32,000 nucleotides of DNA from Patescibacteria group bacterium (GCA_041662745.1 JBAZRV010000004.1:30001-62000); one strand, 5' to 3'. Shown: positions 10,147 through 19,772, counted from the first letter of the stretch. Numbers and translations: made by a program. The notes: generated by a model not told the origin, from the sequence alone.

Positions 10147-10713
10147 ATGAAACTAATAGTCGGCCTGGGCAATCCCGGCAAAAAATACGAGTCTACCTGG
10201 CATAATCTGGGCTGGTTGGCTGTTGAAAATTTTCGACAGTTAACGGATCTGCCGAAACTGAAAAAATCAACCAAATTCCAAGCGGAAATCAGCGCCGGTG
10301 AGATCAATGGCGAAAAGGCCGTCTTGGCCCGGCCGCTGACCTACATGAATAATTCCGGAATCAGCGTGAGCGCTCTGGCCAAATTCTATAAAATAAAAAT
10401 TGAAGACATTATCGTTATCCACGATGATAAAGACTTAGCTTTGGGCCGGTTGCGCTTATCGCAAGACTCTTCAGCCGGAGGCCATAACGGCGTCAAATCA
10501 ATCATTGAACGCTTAGGCGGCCAGAAATTCTTGCGCGTCCGCTTAGGCGTCAAAACGCCGCTTCTGGACCGAGTTTCCACCGCCGATTATGTCTTGATGA
10601 AATGGGCTAAAGATGAAAAAACGGCGGTTAAAGAACAAACAAAAAAAGCCGCGACTGCGACTCTAAGCATTCTTACCGACGGCTTAACCAAAGCGATGAA
10701 TCAATATAATTAA
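10147..10713 (+). CDS. pth: peptidyl-tRNA hydrolase
   Basis: MKLIVGLGNPGKKYESTWHNLGWLAVENF...LTYMNNSGISV...IIVIHDDKDLALGRLRLSQDSSAGGHNGVKSI. Confidence 0.96.
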   Translation: MKLIVGLGNPGKKYESTWHNLGWLAVENFRQLTDLPKLKKSTKFQAEISAGEINGEKAVLARPLTYMNNSGISVSALAKFYKIKIEDIIVIHDDKDLALGRLRLSQDSSAGGHNGVKSIIERLGGQKFLRVRLGVKTPLLDRVSTADYVLMKWAKDEKTAVKEQTKKAATATLSILTDGLTKAMNQYN

Positions 10714-10915
10714 ATGACGGCCATGATACTGTCTGCCAATAAGCGAGAATTATCAGGAGGGGGACAATAATCGCTAGTTAACAGACAGGATTATAACCGT
10801 CATTCGCTGTTTTGGGCCCAAATAACGGCCAACTGTTTTACGACCCCATCTTAACAAATAACTCCGAACCCGTCAAGGCTTTGGGGTAAAAATTAATAAG
10901 CCGTTATTTTTTTAA
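10713..10915 (+). promoter_or_regulatory. structured intergenic region (two long stem structures, the second followed by a T-tract)
   Basis: AATGACGG(10713)/CCGTCATT(10804) with nested CTGTCTG/CAGACAG; then AAATAACGGC(10820)/GCCGTTATTT(10909) with nested TTTTA..CCCCA/TGGGGTAAAA, ending in a T run just before dprA. Confidence 0.5.
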
Positions 10916-10936
10916 TTTTAACTTTCTTTATCAGCC

Positions 10937-12025
10937 ATGATTAACGCGCCCTATTTAATAGCTCTGTCACAAATAAGCTTCTTAGGCCCCTCGCGCCTAA
11001 AACGGCTGATTGAATTCTTCCCCGATCTTAAGGACGCCTGGATCGCCAAATTCCCTGAACTTTTAGCCGCGGGATTTAACGAAAAGGAAGCGACGGATAT
11101 AATTTTAAAACGCCAAGAAATAAATCCGGAACAGGAGCTAAAACAATTAGAACGGGCCGGCATTAAATTCATAACCTCTGCTGAGGCCAATTACCCAAGG
11201 CTTCTGAAGGAAATTTATAATGCTCCGCCGCTGCTATACTATCGCGGTAATATTGAGTGCCTTGGCGCCTCTTGCTTGGGCGTGGTCGGCGCCAGAAAAC
11301 ATACGGCCTATGGCCAGCAAGCGACAGAAAAAATAGTCGCCGGCATTGCTCAGGCCGGAATCACGGTGATCTCCGGCTTAGCCTTGGGAATTGACGCTTT
11401 GGCGCATAAAATAACTTTAGATCAAGGAGGACTGACAGCGGCCGTATTGGGATCGGATTTAAGCTGGGATAATATCGGACCTAAAGCCAACTTTCATTTA
11501 GCTGAAAAAATCTTGGCCTCCGCCGGCTGTTTGGTTTCGGAGTTTCCTTTGGGCGTCAGCGCCAACCGCACAACCTTTCCTCAACGCAACCGCCTGATTT
11601 CCGGCTTGTCTTCCGGCGTATTGGTTATTGAAGCGGGCGAAAGTTCCGGCTCGCTGATTACCGCCAATTACGCCTTGGAACAAAACCGCGACGTTTTTGC
11701 CGTGCCCGGAAGCATCTTCAGTCCCTGTTCCGCGGGCACCAACAATCTAATCAAAAAGGGAGCCAAATCAATAACTGAACCCGCTGAAATAATTGAGGAG
11801 TACGGCTGGCAAAAATTGCCTAAAATAACAGTAATCGCCCCGGAAAACAAACCGACTGAAGCGGAAAAAGAAATCCTGGAATACCTCTCGGCTGAACCGC
11901 TCCACCTTGACAAAATCGTCCAAGTGTGTAATATTAGGGTTAATACTCTCTCATCCTTGCTTATGATAATGTCAATAAAAGGACTAGTGAAAGACCTTGG
12001 CGGGGGTAATTATATCAGGATATAG
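10937..12025 (+). CDS. dprA: DNA-processing protein DprA
   Basis: GVVGARKHTAYGQQATEKIV, VISGLALGIDALAHK, GLSSGVLVIEAGESSGSLITANYALEQNRDVFAVPGS; C-terminal winged-helix-like tail. Confidence 0.95.
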   Translation: MINAPYLIALSQISFLGPSRLKRLIEFFPDLKDAWIAKFPELLAAGFNEKEATDIILKRQEINPEQELKQLERAGIKFITSAEANYPRLLKEIYNAPPLLYYRGNIECLGASCLGVVGARKHTAYGQQATEKIVAGIAQAGITVISGLALGIDALAHKITLDQGGLTAAVLGSDLSWDNIGPKANFHLAEKILASAGCLVSEFPLGVSANRTTFPQRNRLISGLSSGVLVIEAGESSGSLITANYALEQNRDVFAVPGSIFSPCSAGTNNLIKKGAKSITEPAEIIEEYGWQKLPKITVIAPENKPTEAEKEILEYLSAEPLHLDKIVQVCNIRVNTLSSLLMIMSIKGLVKDLGGGNYIRI

Positions 12026-12150
12026 GTTATGAATTCCGTAAAGCCGAAAATTAAAAAATTATTTTTAATGACTCCGGGCCTTAATGACTTTCTAAACTTA
12101 TAATTTTTATCTTTTAACTTAATCAATCCGCGCCACCATTAATTTCTCTT

Positions 12151-14337
12151 ATGCCTCATAAACTTCTCATCGTTGAGTCCCCGGCCAAAGCCAAAACCAT
12201 TGCCAAGTATCTGAATAACGAATACACGGTCAAGGCCTCGGTCGGACACATTCGCGATCTGCCGAAATCAAATAAAAACGCCATTGATATCAAGGGCGGA
12301 TTCGTGCCGCATTACGAGGTTGTTCCCGGCAAAGAAAAAATTGTCAGCGAATTGAAAAGCTTGGCGCATAAAGCCGACGAAGTGGTATTGGCTACCGATC
12401 CGGACCGCGAAGGAGAAGCGATCGCCTGGCATATCAAGGAGGCTATCGGCTTAAAGCACCCCAAAAGAATCGTCTTTCATGAGATTACCAAAGAAGCCGT
12501 ACAGGAAGCCATCAAGCACCCGCGCGAGATTGACGAGAACCTAAAAGAGGCGCAAGAGGCGCGCCGCGTCCTTGATCGCTTGTTCGGTTACGATCTCAGC
12601 GCCCTAATCTGGCAAAAAGTCCGCTACGGCTTATCCGCCGGCCGCGTGCAATCCCCGGCTCTGCGTATCCTAACGGAAAAAGAAAAAGAAATCCGCGCTT
12701 TCGTGCCGGAAACCTATTTTGTTTTGGAAGCTGATTTTGAAACGCCGCAAAATGACAAGCTAAAATTCAAATGCAGCGAACAGCCCAAAACAGCCGAGGA
12801 CTCGGAAGACATCCTGGCTAAAGCCAAAAAAGCGGATTGGCAAGTCAAAGCCGTGGAAGAAAACGAGGCCACCCGCCGCGCCAAAGCGCCGTTTACCACC
12901 TCAACATTGCAACAATCATCCTCTTCGCGCCTGGGCTATTCGCCCAGCCAGACCATGCGTTTGGCGCAGAAACTCTACGAAGCCGGCCATATTACTTACA
13001 TGCGTACCGATTCCACCACTTTGAGCGGCCAGGCCATGAAAGAAATCAATAGTTTTATTATAGAAAAATTCGGCAAGGAATACGCTAAACCGCAAAAATT
13101 CTTAGCTAAAAGCAAAAACGCGCAAGAAGCGCACGAGGCTGTCCGTCCGACGCATTTTTCGGTCACCGAAGCCGGACATACGCCGCAAGAGAAGCGACTC
13201 TATCAATTGATTTGGCAAAGGACTGTCGCCTGCCAAATGGCCGACGCCAAAACCCTGAAAACCAAAGCTATTGCCAGCGCTAAAAACGAAACGGAAATGC
13301 CGGAATTTGTCGCCGAAGGCAGCCGTATTACTTTTGCCGGCTGGCTGAAGGCCGATCCCAAGGCCCGAGGCGAAGAAGTGGAATTGCCCAAAATGACCGC
13401 CGGCGAAAAATTAAAGCTGTTGGATATCCTGGCCGAAGAAAAGCAAACCGAACCGCCGCATCGCTACACCGAGGCCGGCTTAGTCAAGGAATTGGAAAAA
13501 CGCGGCATCGGCCGTCCTTCCACCTATGCCTCCATTATTGACACCGTTATCAAGCGCGGTTACGTCACCAAAGAGCAAAAATCGCTCAAGGTAACCGAGA
13601 TCGGCGAACTGGTTGATGATTTTCTGGAAAAATATTTCGGCGATTATATCTCCGACACTTTTACCGCGGAAATGGAAAATCAACTGGATGAAATCGCCCG
13701 AGGCCAGGACACTTACATCAAAACCTTGAAAGATTTTTACGGCCCCTTTACTGAAGCGGTCAAGAGCAAAAAGTCCATTCCCAAGATTACCGACTTAGGC
13801 GATGCGCCGGCCGATATCAAATGCCCGGAATGCGGAGCAAAAATGAAAATCAAACTGGGACGCGGCGGCAAATTCTATTCCTGCGAACGGTTCCCCGATT
13901 GCCAGGGCGCCTTGACTATGGAGGGAAAAGTATTGGAACCGCCCAAAGATACGGGTGAAATCTGCCCCAAATGCGGCAAAGGCAAACTGATTGAACGCGA
14001 AGGCAAATACGGCAAATTCATCGCTTGCTCCAATTATCCCAAATGCAAATTCATCAAAAAAGACGAGGCAGCCGAAGCGGAACGAATGAAGGCCGCCGAT
14101 ACCGGCGTGCAATGCCCGGAATGCAAAAAAGGCACGATGATAGAAAAACGCGGACGCTACGGAGTTTTCTACGGTTGCAGCAATTATCCCGACTGCAAAA
14201 ACATCGTCAAAGCCAAGCCCACGGGCGAACTCTGCCCGCAATGCGGTAAACTGATGATGGCGGGAACCAAAACGATCCCCGAAAGGTGCTCGGACAAGAA
14301 CTGCCCCAACCATAATCCGCAAAAACTCAAAAAATAA
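12151..14337 (+). CDS. topA: DNA topoisomerase I
   Basis: MPHKLLIVESPAKAKTIAKYL, ATDPDREGEAIAWHI, GHITYMRTDSTTL active site; four tandem C-terminal Cys4 zinc ribbons. Confidence 0.97.
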   Translation: MPHKLLIVESPAKAKTIAKYLNNEYTVKASVGHIRDLPKSNKNAIDIKGGFVPHYEVVPGKEKIVSELKSLAHKADEVVLATDPDREGEAIAWHIKEAIGLKHPKRIVFHEITKEAVQEAIKHPREIDENLKEAQEARRVLDRLFGYDLSALIWQKVRYGLSAGRVQSPALRILTEKEKEIRAFVPETYFVLEADFETPQNDKLKFKCSEQPKTAEDSEDILAKAKKADWQVKAVEENEATRRAKAPFTTSTLQQSSSSRLGYSPSQTMRLAQKLYEAGHITYMRTDSTTLSGQAMKEINSFIIEKFGKEYAKPQKFLAKSKNAQEAHEAVRPTHFSVTEAGHTPQEKRLYQLIWQRTVACQMADAKTLKTKAIASAKNETEMPEFVAEGSRITFAGWLKADPKARGEEVELPKMTAGEKLKLLDILAEEKQTEPPHRYTEAGLVKELEKRGIGRPSTYASIIDTVIKRGYVTKEQKSLKVTEIGELVDDFLEKYFGDYISDTFTAEMENQLDEIARGQDTYIKTLKDFYGPFTEAVKSKKSIPKITDLGDAPADIKCPECGAKMKIKLGRGGKFYSCERFPDCQGALTMEGKVLEPPKDTGEICPKCGKGKLIEREGKYGKFIACSNYPKCKFIKKDEAAEAERMKAADTGVQCPECKKGTMIEKRGRYGVFYGCSNYPDCKNIVKAKPTGELCPQCGKLMMAGTKTIPERCSDKNCPNHNPQKLKK

Positions 14338-14370
14338 TATTTGTTACGTAGCCTGCTACGTAGCAAGCAG

Positions 14371-14396
14371 AATCCCGCCGGACGGCGGGATTTTTT
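14371..14396 (+). terminator. Rho-independent terminator of topA
   Basis: AATCCCGCC GGAC GGCGGGATT followed by a T run. Confidence 0.85.
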
Positions 14397-14521
14397 AAAA
14401 AAGACGCGCCAAAATTTAAGGCGACTTTACCTAATTTATGGAATACGTACTATCATCACCTTGGGGATGACGATGAATAAAAGCTCATTTTAGGTGATTA
14501 TTTACAATCGCCAATACCCGT

Positions 14522-14550
14522 TAGACAGCCGACTATTTATTGTTTATAAT
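14522..14550 (+). promoter_or_regulatory. sigma70-like promoter
   Basis: TAGACA (14522-14527), 17-nt spacer, TATAAT (14545-14550); start codon at 14565 implies a very short 5' UTR. Confidence 0.65.
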
Positions 14551-14564
14551 AAGTCTACACCAAT

Positions 14565-16028
14565 ATGGCCATTCTTAATCCGCAAAAAGAGTTTGATAAA
14601 CTGCTAAAAACCGTTCAAGAAAAACAAATCGGCGGGGATTTGGATATGTTAAAGCTGGCTTATGATTTCGCCTTTGAGGCCCATAAAGGACAAGTGCGCG
14701 CCTCCGGCAATCCTTACATTATCCATCCGCTGGCAACCGCCCAAAAATTAGCGGAGATGAATTTTGATTTGACGACGATTATTGCCGGCCTGCTTCATGA
14801 CGTTCCCGAAGATACCGAGGTGACGCTTTCAGAAATAGAAAAAAATTTCGGCCCGGAAGTCTCCCGATTGGTTGAGGGCATCACCAAATTGGGCAAACTC
14901 AAATACCGCGGCATGGAACGCTACGCCGAGAATCTGCGCAAGATGTTCGTAGCCATGTCTGACGACATCAGGGTCATCCTGATCAAATTCGCCGATCGGT
15001 TGCATAACCTGAAGACCTTGGACGCTCTGCCGCCGGACAAACGCTTCCGCATCGCCAAAGAAACCCTGGAAATTTACGCGCCGATTGCCGATCGCCTGGC
15101 GATCGGACAAATCAAAGGCGAATTGGAGGATCTGTCTTTCCCTTATGTTTATCCTGAAGACTACAAATGGATTACTGCGATCATTCCGCGCGAATACAAA
15201 ATCAAAGAAAAATACTTGCAAGAGGTCAAAGACAAGGTTAGGAAAAAATTAGCGGAAGAGGGCATCACGATTGATGAGATTTCCATTCAGGGCCGTACCA
15301 AGCATCTTTACTCGCTGTACAAGAAACTTTTACGGCCGCATATTAATCGCGACCTGTCCAAAATCTACGATCTGATCGCTTTGCGTTTGATTGTGCCGAC
15401 AGTTACCGATTGTTACAGCGCTTTGGGAGTCCTGCACAGCATTTACCGACCCATGCCCGGACGCATCAAGGATTACATCGCCAATCCCAAACCCAACGGC
15501 TACCAATCATTGCACACCACCGTCTTCACTGATGACGGAGAAATCGTAGAATTCCAAATCCGCACCAGAAAAATGCACGAGCAGGCTGAATACGGAATCG
15601 CCGCTCACTGGAGTTACAAAGAAAGCGGGGGCAAAACCGCGAACACTAATTTAAAATGGCTGAACGAACTGGTGGAGTGGCAAAAAAAGGTCAAAGATAA
15701 CGATCAATTCCTGCAAACCGTCAAACTGGATGTCTTTCAAAACCGCATTTTCGTTTTCACGCCTCACGGCGATGTCATTGATTTGCCGGAAGGCGCTACG
15801 CCGGTTGATTTTGCTTATCACGTCCACAGCTCCCTGGGCGACAAATGCGTCGGCGCCAGGGTCAATGACCAATTGGTCAGCTTGGGGCATCAGCTCAAAT
15901 CCGGCGATATCGTAGAAATCATTACCGACAAAAACCGCAAAACCCCCAACGCCGACTGGATGGAAACAGTCAAGACCTCCATGGCCAAAGGCAAAATCAG
16001 GGCGGCCATCAATAAGCTAAAAAAATAA
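14565..16028 (+). CDS. RelA/SpoT-family (p)ppGpp synthetase/hydrolase (HD + synthetase + TGS)
   Basis: HPLATAQKLAEM, AGLLHDVPEDTEV, RTKHLYSLYKKL, YDLIALRLIV, FVFTPHGDVIDLPEGATPVDFAYHVHSSLG; no recognisable C-terminal ACT domain. Confidence 0.92.
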   Translation: MAILNPQKEFDKLLKTVQEKQIGGDLDMLKLAYDFAFEAHKGQVRASGNPYIIHPLATAQKLAEMNFDLTTIIAGLLHDVPEDTEVTLSEIEKNFGPEVSRLVEGITKLGKLKYRGMERYAENLRKMFVAMSDDIRVILIKFADRLHNLKTLDALPPDKRFRIAKETLEIYAPIADRLAIGQIKGELEDLSFPYVYPEDYKWITAIIPREYKIKEKYLQEVKDKVRKKLAEEGITIDEISIQGRTKHLYSLYKKLLRPHINRDLSKIYDLIALRLIVPTVTDCYSALGVLHSIYRPMPGRIKDYIANPKPNGYQSLHTTVFTDDGEIVEFQIRTRKMHEQAEYGIAAHWSYKESGGKTANTNLKWLNELVEWQKKVKDNDQFLQTVKLDVFQNRIFVFTPHGDVIDLPEGATPVDFAYHVHSSLGDKCVGARVNDQLVSLGHQLKSGDIVEIITDKNRKTPNADWMETVKTSMAKGKIRAAINKLKK

Positions 16029-16080
16029 AAGACCGCGGAAGCGGCCTTTTATGATATTGAAATCTTTTATGCCATTAAAA

Positions 16081-16962
16081 TCAAGAGATCTTGTTGACCA
16101 AGCTGCGCAATTCTTCATTGGAAAAAAATTTAATGGTGATCTGGCCCACCCCGCCGTGGCGCCTAATCTCTACCTTGGTGCCCAAAGCCGAAGCCACATC
16201 TTCCTCCATTTGCTTTGCCTCCGGATCAAATGATATTTTGCGCAAATTCCTCTTGACGACAATCACCTTCGCCGCTCTTTCGGCTTCGCGCACGCTCATC
16301 TTGTTCTCCAATATTCGCTGTAAGCCGTCAAATTGCTCGTCTTGAGGCAGGCCGGCCAAGGTGCGCGCATGCCCTTCGGACAAACGGCCGTCAACGATCG
16401 CTTCTTTGACTTCCGGTATCAGATTCAACAAACGCAAACTGTTAGCCACCGCTGAAGTGCTTTTGCCGACTTTTTTGGCCAACTCCACCCGGCTGAGATT
16501 AAATTCATCCTCTAATTTCTTATAGGCCATGGCCACCTCCAACGAATTCAAATCTTCGCGTTGCAAGTTCTCAATCAAAGCCAGCTCCATTTTCTTCTGT
16601 TCGCTTACCTCCCTGATGATTGACGGCACGGTTTTTAATCCGGCCAGCTTGGCGGCTTTAAGGCGGCGTTCGCCGGCAATCAGTTCGTAATCATCGCCCT
16701 TCTTGGTTACGATCAACGGTTGGATGATACCATGTTCCCTGATGGACTCGGCTAAATCGTTTAAAGCATCAACATCAAAGCTTTGCCGCGGTTGATGCGG
16801 ATTAGGCAGTATTTTCTCTACCAGCAACTGATTGATTCGCTCGTGGCTTTCAATCACCTCTTTAATTGTCGGATCAATCAAGCCGATGTTATTGTCGATC
16901 TTTTTGCCGGCGGGTATGAGCGAACCCAAGCCGCGGCCTAAGCCGGAAGGACGGGTGGACAT
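16081..16962 (-). CDS. parB: chromosome-partitioning protein ParB
   Basis: LGRGLGSLIP, ILPNPHQPRQSFD, YELIAGERRLKAAKLAG, VANSLRLLNL. Confidence 0.95.
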   Translation of the reverse strand: MSTRPSGLGRGLGSLIPAGKKIDNNIGLIDPTIKEVIESHERINQLLVEKILPNPHQPRQSFDVDALNDLAESIREHGIIQPLIVTKKGDDYELIAGERRLKAAKLAGLKTVPSIIREVSEQKKMELALIENLQREDLNSLEVAMAYKKLEDEFNLSRVELAKKVGKSTSAVANSLRLLNLIPEVKEAIVDGRLSEGHARTLAGLPQDEQFDGLQRILENKMSVREAERAAKVIVVKRNLRKISFDPEAKQMEEDVASALGTKVEIRRHGGVGQITIKFFSNEELRSLVNKIS

Positions 16963-16988
16963 ATATATTTTTATTTTATTTTATATTG

Positions 16989-17034
16989 TCATTCCCGCGT
17001 ACCTTGCCTACCGACAGGCAGGGGCGGGAATCCA
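16989..17034. repeat. dispersed palindromic repeat, long form (GTCATTCCCGCG...CGGGAATCCAGG)
   Basis: gtcattcccgcgtaccttgcctaccgacaggcaggggcgggaatccagg; the same termini occur inside the RT gene near 28205. Confidence 0.7.
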
Positions 17035-17351
17035 GGTTTTCTTGTCGTCCTGATCGTAATGAGGGATCTAAAGTTAAATTCAAATTTATTTCTGATACCT
17101 TTCTCTATGAGAAAGGTATCTCCAAAGAGTCGCGAGCGAAGCATAAATCATGGCCTCTTGTCATTCTGAGCAAAGCGAAGAATCTCAGGTTTAAACTTTA
17201 GATCCTTCGTTTTCGCTCCCGCCTCGCTTCCGCTTCACTCGGGATGACGAAAAGGAAACTGAATCTAATTCTTGAATTCTCTGGTCGTTCCCGCATAAAG
17301 TCGCGCAAGATTTTGTTATGCTCGCACATTGGAAACAAATTTGAAACAACT

Positions 17352-18119
17352 TCAATTATTCTCGGTCAAATACACAAATTCGCGCGCCAAACGCTCGTAA
17401 GCCTTAGCGCCCTTGGACTTGGGATCATAGCTCAAGATGGTTTTGCCATGGCTCGGCGCCTCCGACAAACGCACGCTGCGCGGAATGACCGTACGGAAAA
17501 TCTGGTTGGGAAAATAATTGTACAGCTCGCTCAGCACATCATTGGCCAGTTTGAAACGGCTGTCATACATGGTTAGGACTACGCCTAAGATATCCAATTC
17601 CGGTTTGAGATTTTCGCGGATCAAGCCGATGGTATCAACCAATTGGCCCAATCCCTCCAAGGCAAAATATTCCGCCTGCACCGGAATCATCAATTTATCA
17701 GCGGCGGTCAAGCCGTTTAAGGTCAGAAGTCCCAAAGAAGGGGGGCAATCTATGATGATATAATCGTAGTTGTTTTTGACCTCCAATAGATTATCATACA
17801 AGCGGAATTCGCGGCGATCCAAATTGACAAACTCCACATTGGCGCCGGCCAGCGAGGTGGTGGAAGGAGCCAAATGATAATTATCATGGCCGGTCTCTAC
17901 GGCCACATCGGAGAAAGAATACGGCCCGGTCAAAACTTCATACACGCCGCGGTCTAAATTTTTGGCCACGCCCAAATGCGAAGTGGCATTGGATTGAGGA
18001 TCAAGATCAACCAAAAGCACGCGTTTGCCCAAATGGCTTAAAAACGCGGCTAAATTAACGGAGGTGGTGGTCTTTCCGACTCCGCCTTTTTGATTGACAA
18101 CGGAAATTACTTGTCCCAT
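17352..18119 (-). CDS. parA: chromosome-partitioning ATPase ParA/Soj
   Basis: MGQVISVVNQKGGVGKTTTSVNLAAFL, deviant Walker A; LVDLDPQSNAT; YIIIDCPPSLGLL. Confidence 0.96.
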   Translation of the reverse strand: MGQVISVVNQKGGVGKTTTSVNLAAFLSHLGKRVLLVDLDPQSNATSHLGVAKNLDRGVYEVLTGPYSFSDVAVETGHDNYHLAPSTTSLAGANVEFVNLDRREFRLYDNLLEVKNNYDYIIIDCPPSLGLLTLNGLTAADKLMIPVQAEYFALEGLGQLVDTIGLIRENLKPELDILGVVLTMYDSRFKLANDVLSELYNYFPNQIFRTVIPRSVRLSEAPSHGKTILSYDPKSKGAKAYERLAREFVYLTENN

Positions 18120-18204
18120 AACGGATTAATTATAACATAAAATTATCAACGAAGCAAAATCAAACAAAAATAAAAGCCAGCCTAACGCTGACGTTTCATT
18201 TCAG

Positions 18205-18276
<72 letters not shown>

Positions 18277-18295
18277 AAAACATGGCATATGGCTA

Positions 18296-18343
18296 ATGGC
18301 ATATAACTTATGGTTTAATTATTAACTATAAGCTATGTGCCAT
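18296..18343. repeat. 16-bp stem hairpin (2 G-U), 16-nt loop
   Basis: ATGGCATATAACTTAT (18296-18311) versus ATAAGCTATGTGCCAT (18328-18343). Confidence 0.6.
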
Positions 18344-18739
18344 TTGCTATGCGCTATCTGTTGACTGGCTCGGTTGTGAACCAGCCAATATCAAGTATTA
18401 TAAGGTATTTTGAGGAATTTGTCAAAGGCCGGTTTGAGGCCTCTTGGTCTAGGGGAAAATGCGACAAATGCGACAGTACTTTGGCACTTCCAATTTTATA
18501 ATTCTGAAGGGTTAAATGAGACAAATGAGACACCTATAGTGTGTTTTGAAAATAGTATCAAAAGCACGTTTTATGTTTAATTTTAGATTAAAATTTGATG
18601 AGACAGCCCGATGATGATTGTCTCATTTGCTAAATGCGATTTTTGCCAGCTCTTGACAGAATTTGAGCTTACATTTATGATTAAACATCTAGTTGTATTT
18701 GCGCTACTACCAAATTATTTGTTATAATATAGTCAACCT

Positions 18740-19276
18740 ATGAATATTCCCCTAGTAAAATTAAAAGCAATCCTTTTGTACTTCGGGACATTTACTGAAC
18801 AACGTTTTCTCGGCAAGGTAAAACTCATGAAGTTATTCTACTTCTTGGATTTTATGCATGTCAAAAAATTCGGTTCTCCGGTAACTTACGATAATTATAT
18901 CAAACTAGAGCATGGGCCCATTCCCTCTGCAATAAAGAACATGGTAGACACTGCGGAGGATGATGTGGATAATTCAGTCTTGTCTGATACTATAAAAATT
19001 GAAATGGCTGACGGAGAAGGAATCCATAGAATTGTCGCTCTAAGAAAGTTCACTGAAAATGACAAAAAATATTTCACGCCGACAGAAATTAATATACTGG
19101 AAACCGTAGTAGAAAGATTTGGTAGCAAGAATACGAAGTTCATCGAAGACGCCTCTCACAATGAAGCCCCCTGGAAAGAGACTTCATTTATGGATTCAAT
19201 TCCGTATTGGCTGGCTACGCATGATAATGACTGCCAGGTAAGCAGGGAGGAAATTGAGTTAATGTTGTCAATCTAG
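18740..19276 (+). CDS. Panacea/DUF4065 (SocA/PanA-like) domain protein, candidate antitoxin
   Basis: KLKAILLYFGTFTEQRFLGKVKLMKLFYFLDFMHVKKFGSPVTYDNYIKLEHGPIPSAIKNM is the characteristic Panacea N-terminal pattern (KLxKLLYFxD...YxxxxxGPVP). Confidence 0.75.
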   Translation: MNIPLVKLKAILLYFGTFTEQRFLGKVKLMKLFYFLDFMHVKKFGSPVTYDNYIKLEHGPIPSAIKNMVDTAEDDVDNSVLSDTIKIEMADGEGIHRIVALRKFTENDKKYFTPTEINILETVVERFGSKNTKFIEDASHNEAPWKETSFMDSIPYWLATHDNDCQVSREEIELMLSI

Positions 19277-19280
19277 CCAT

Positions 19281-19673
19281 ATGGATGCTTTACTATTCGG
19301 CGATATATTTAGATTTAGGGAGGAAGAATATGTCTACCTGGCTTCAGGCGACGGAGTCGATTTTGCGGCCAGAATCCTCAATACTTTTAATACCAACCAA
19401 ATAGTGGAGTTGGATAACCGAAAGGCAATGGGCCATGGCGCAAACAGGACTAATAGCAATCCGCTTTATTGCTATGTTATTTTGCAGACGGATGAATATA
19501 AGAATCAAGCAGCGCACTTCAAGGATAGCCAATATGATTCCGGCCGGCTAATGTTCGAAAAAACCGGTTCGTTATGCGCTGAAGACCAACAGGAAATCAA
19601 GAAGAAAATAATTGATCCAGCCAGTCCGATCCCATTGGGTCTTAGAGATATAATTTTAAACATGGATATATAG
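19281..19673 (+). CDS. small protein of unknown family, candidate cognate toxin of the upstream Panacea protein
   Basis: 130-aa ORF starting 4 nt after the upstream stop; MDALLFGDIFRFREEEYVYLASGDG... no family recognised with certainty. Confidence 0.5.
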   Translation: MDALLFGDIFRFREEEYVYLASGDGVDFAARILNTFNTNQIVELDNRKAMGHGANRTNSNPLYCYVILQTDEYKNQAAHFKDSQYDSGRLMFEKTGSLCAEDQQEIKKKIIDPASPIPLGLRDIILNMDI

Positions 19674-19684
19674 AAACAGATAAA

Positions 19685-19712
19685 AAAAGACATCCTGCGA
19701 GGGATGTTTTTT
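19685..19712. terminator. Rho-independent terminator, possibly bidirectional
   Basis: AAAAAGACATCC TGCGAG GGATGTTTTTT. Confidence 0.75.
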
Positions 19713-19772
19713 GATTAATTGACCGATAGTTAGCCATCATATATAATTAAGCTATCACCATGAAAGAAACCC

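Noticed and set aside
12714-14366. Long antisense ORFs within topA (e.g. 13795..14322 -, 175 aa)
   Set aside because: Antisense shadow ORFs of a well-supported coding gene, Phe/Ala-rich composition typical of antisense translation.
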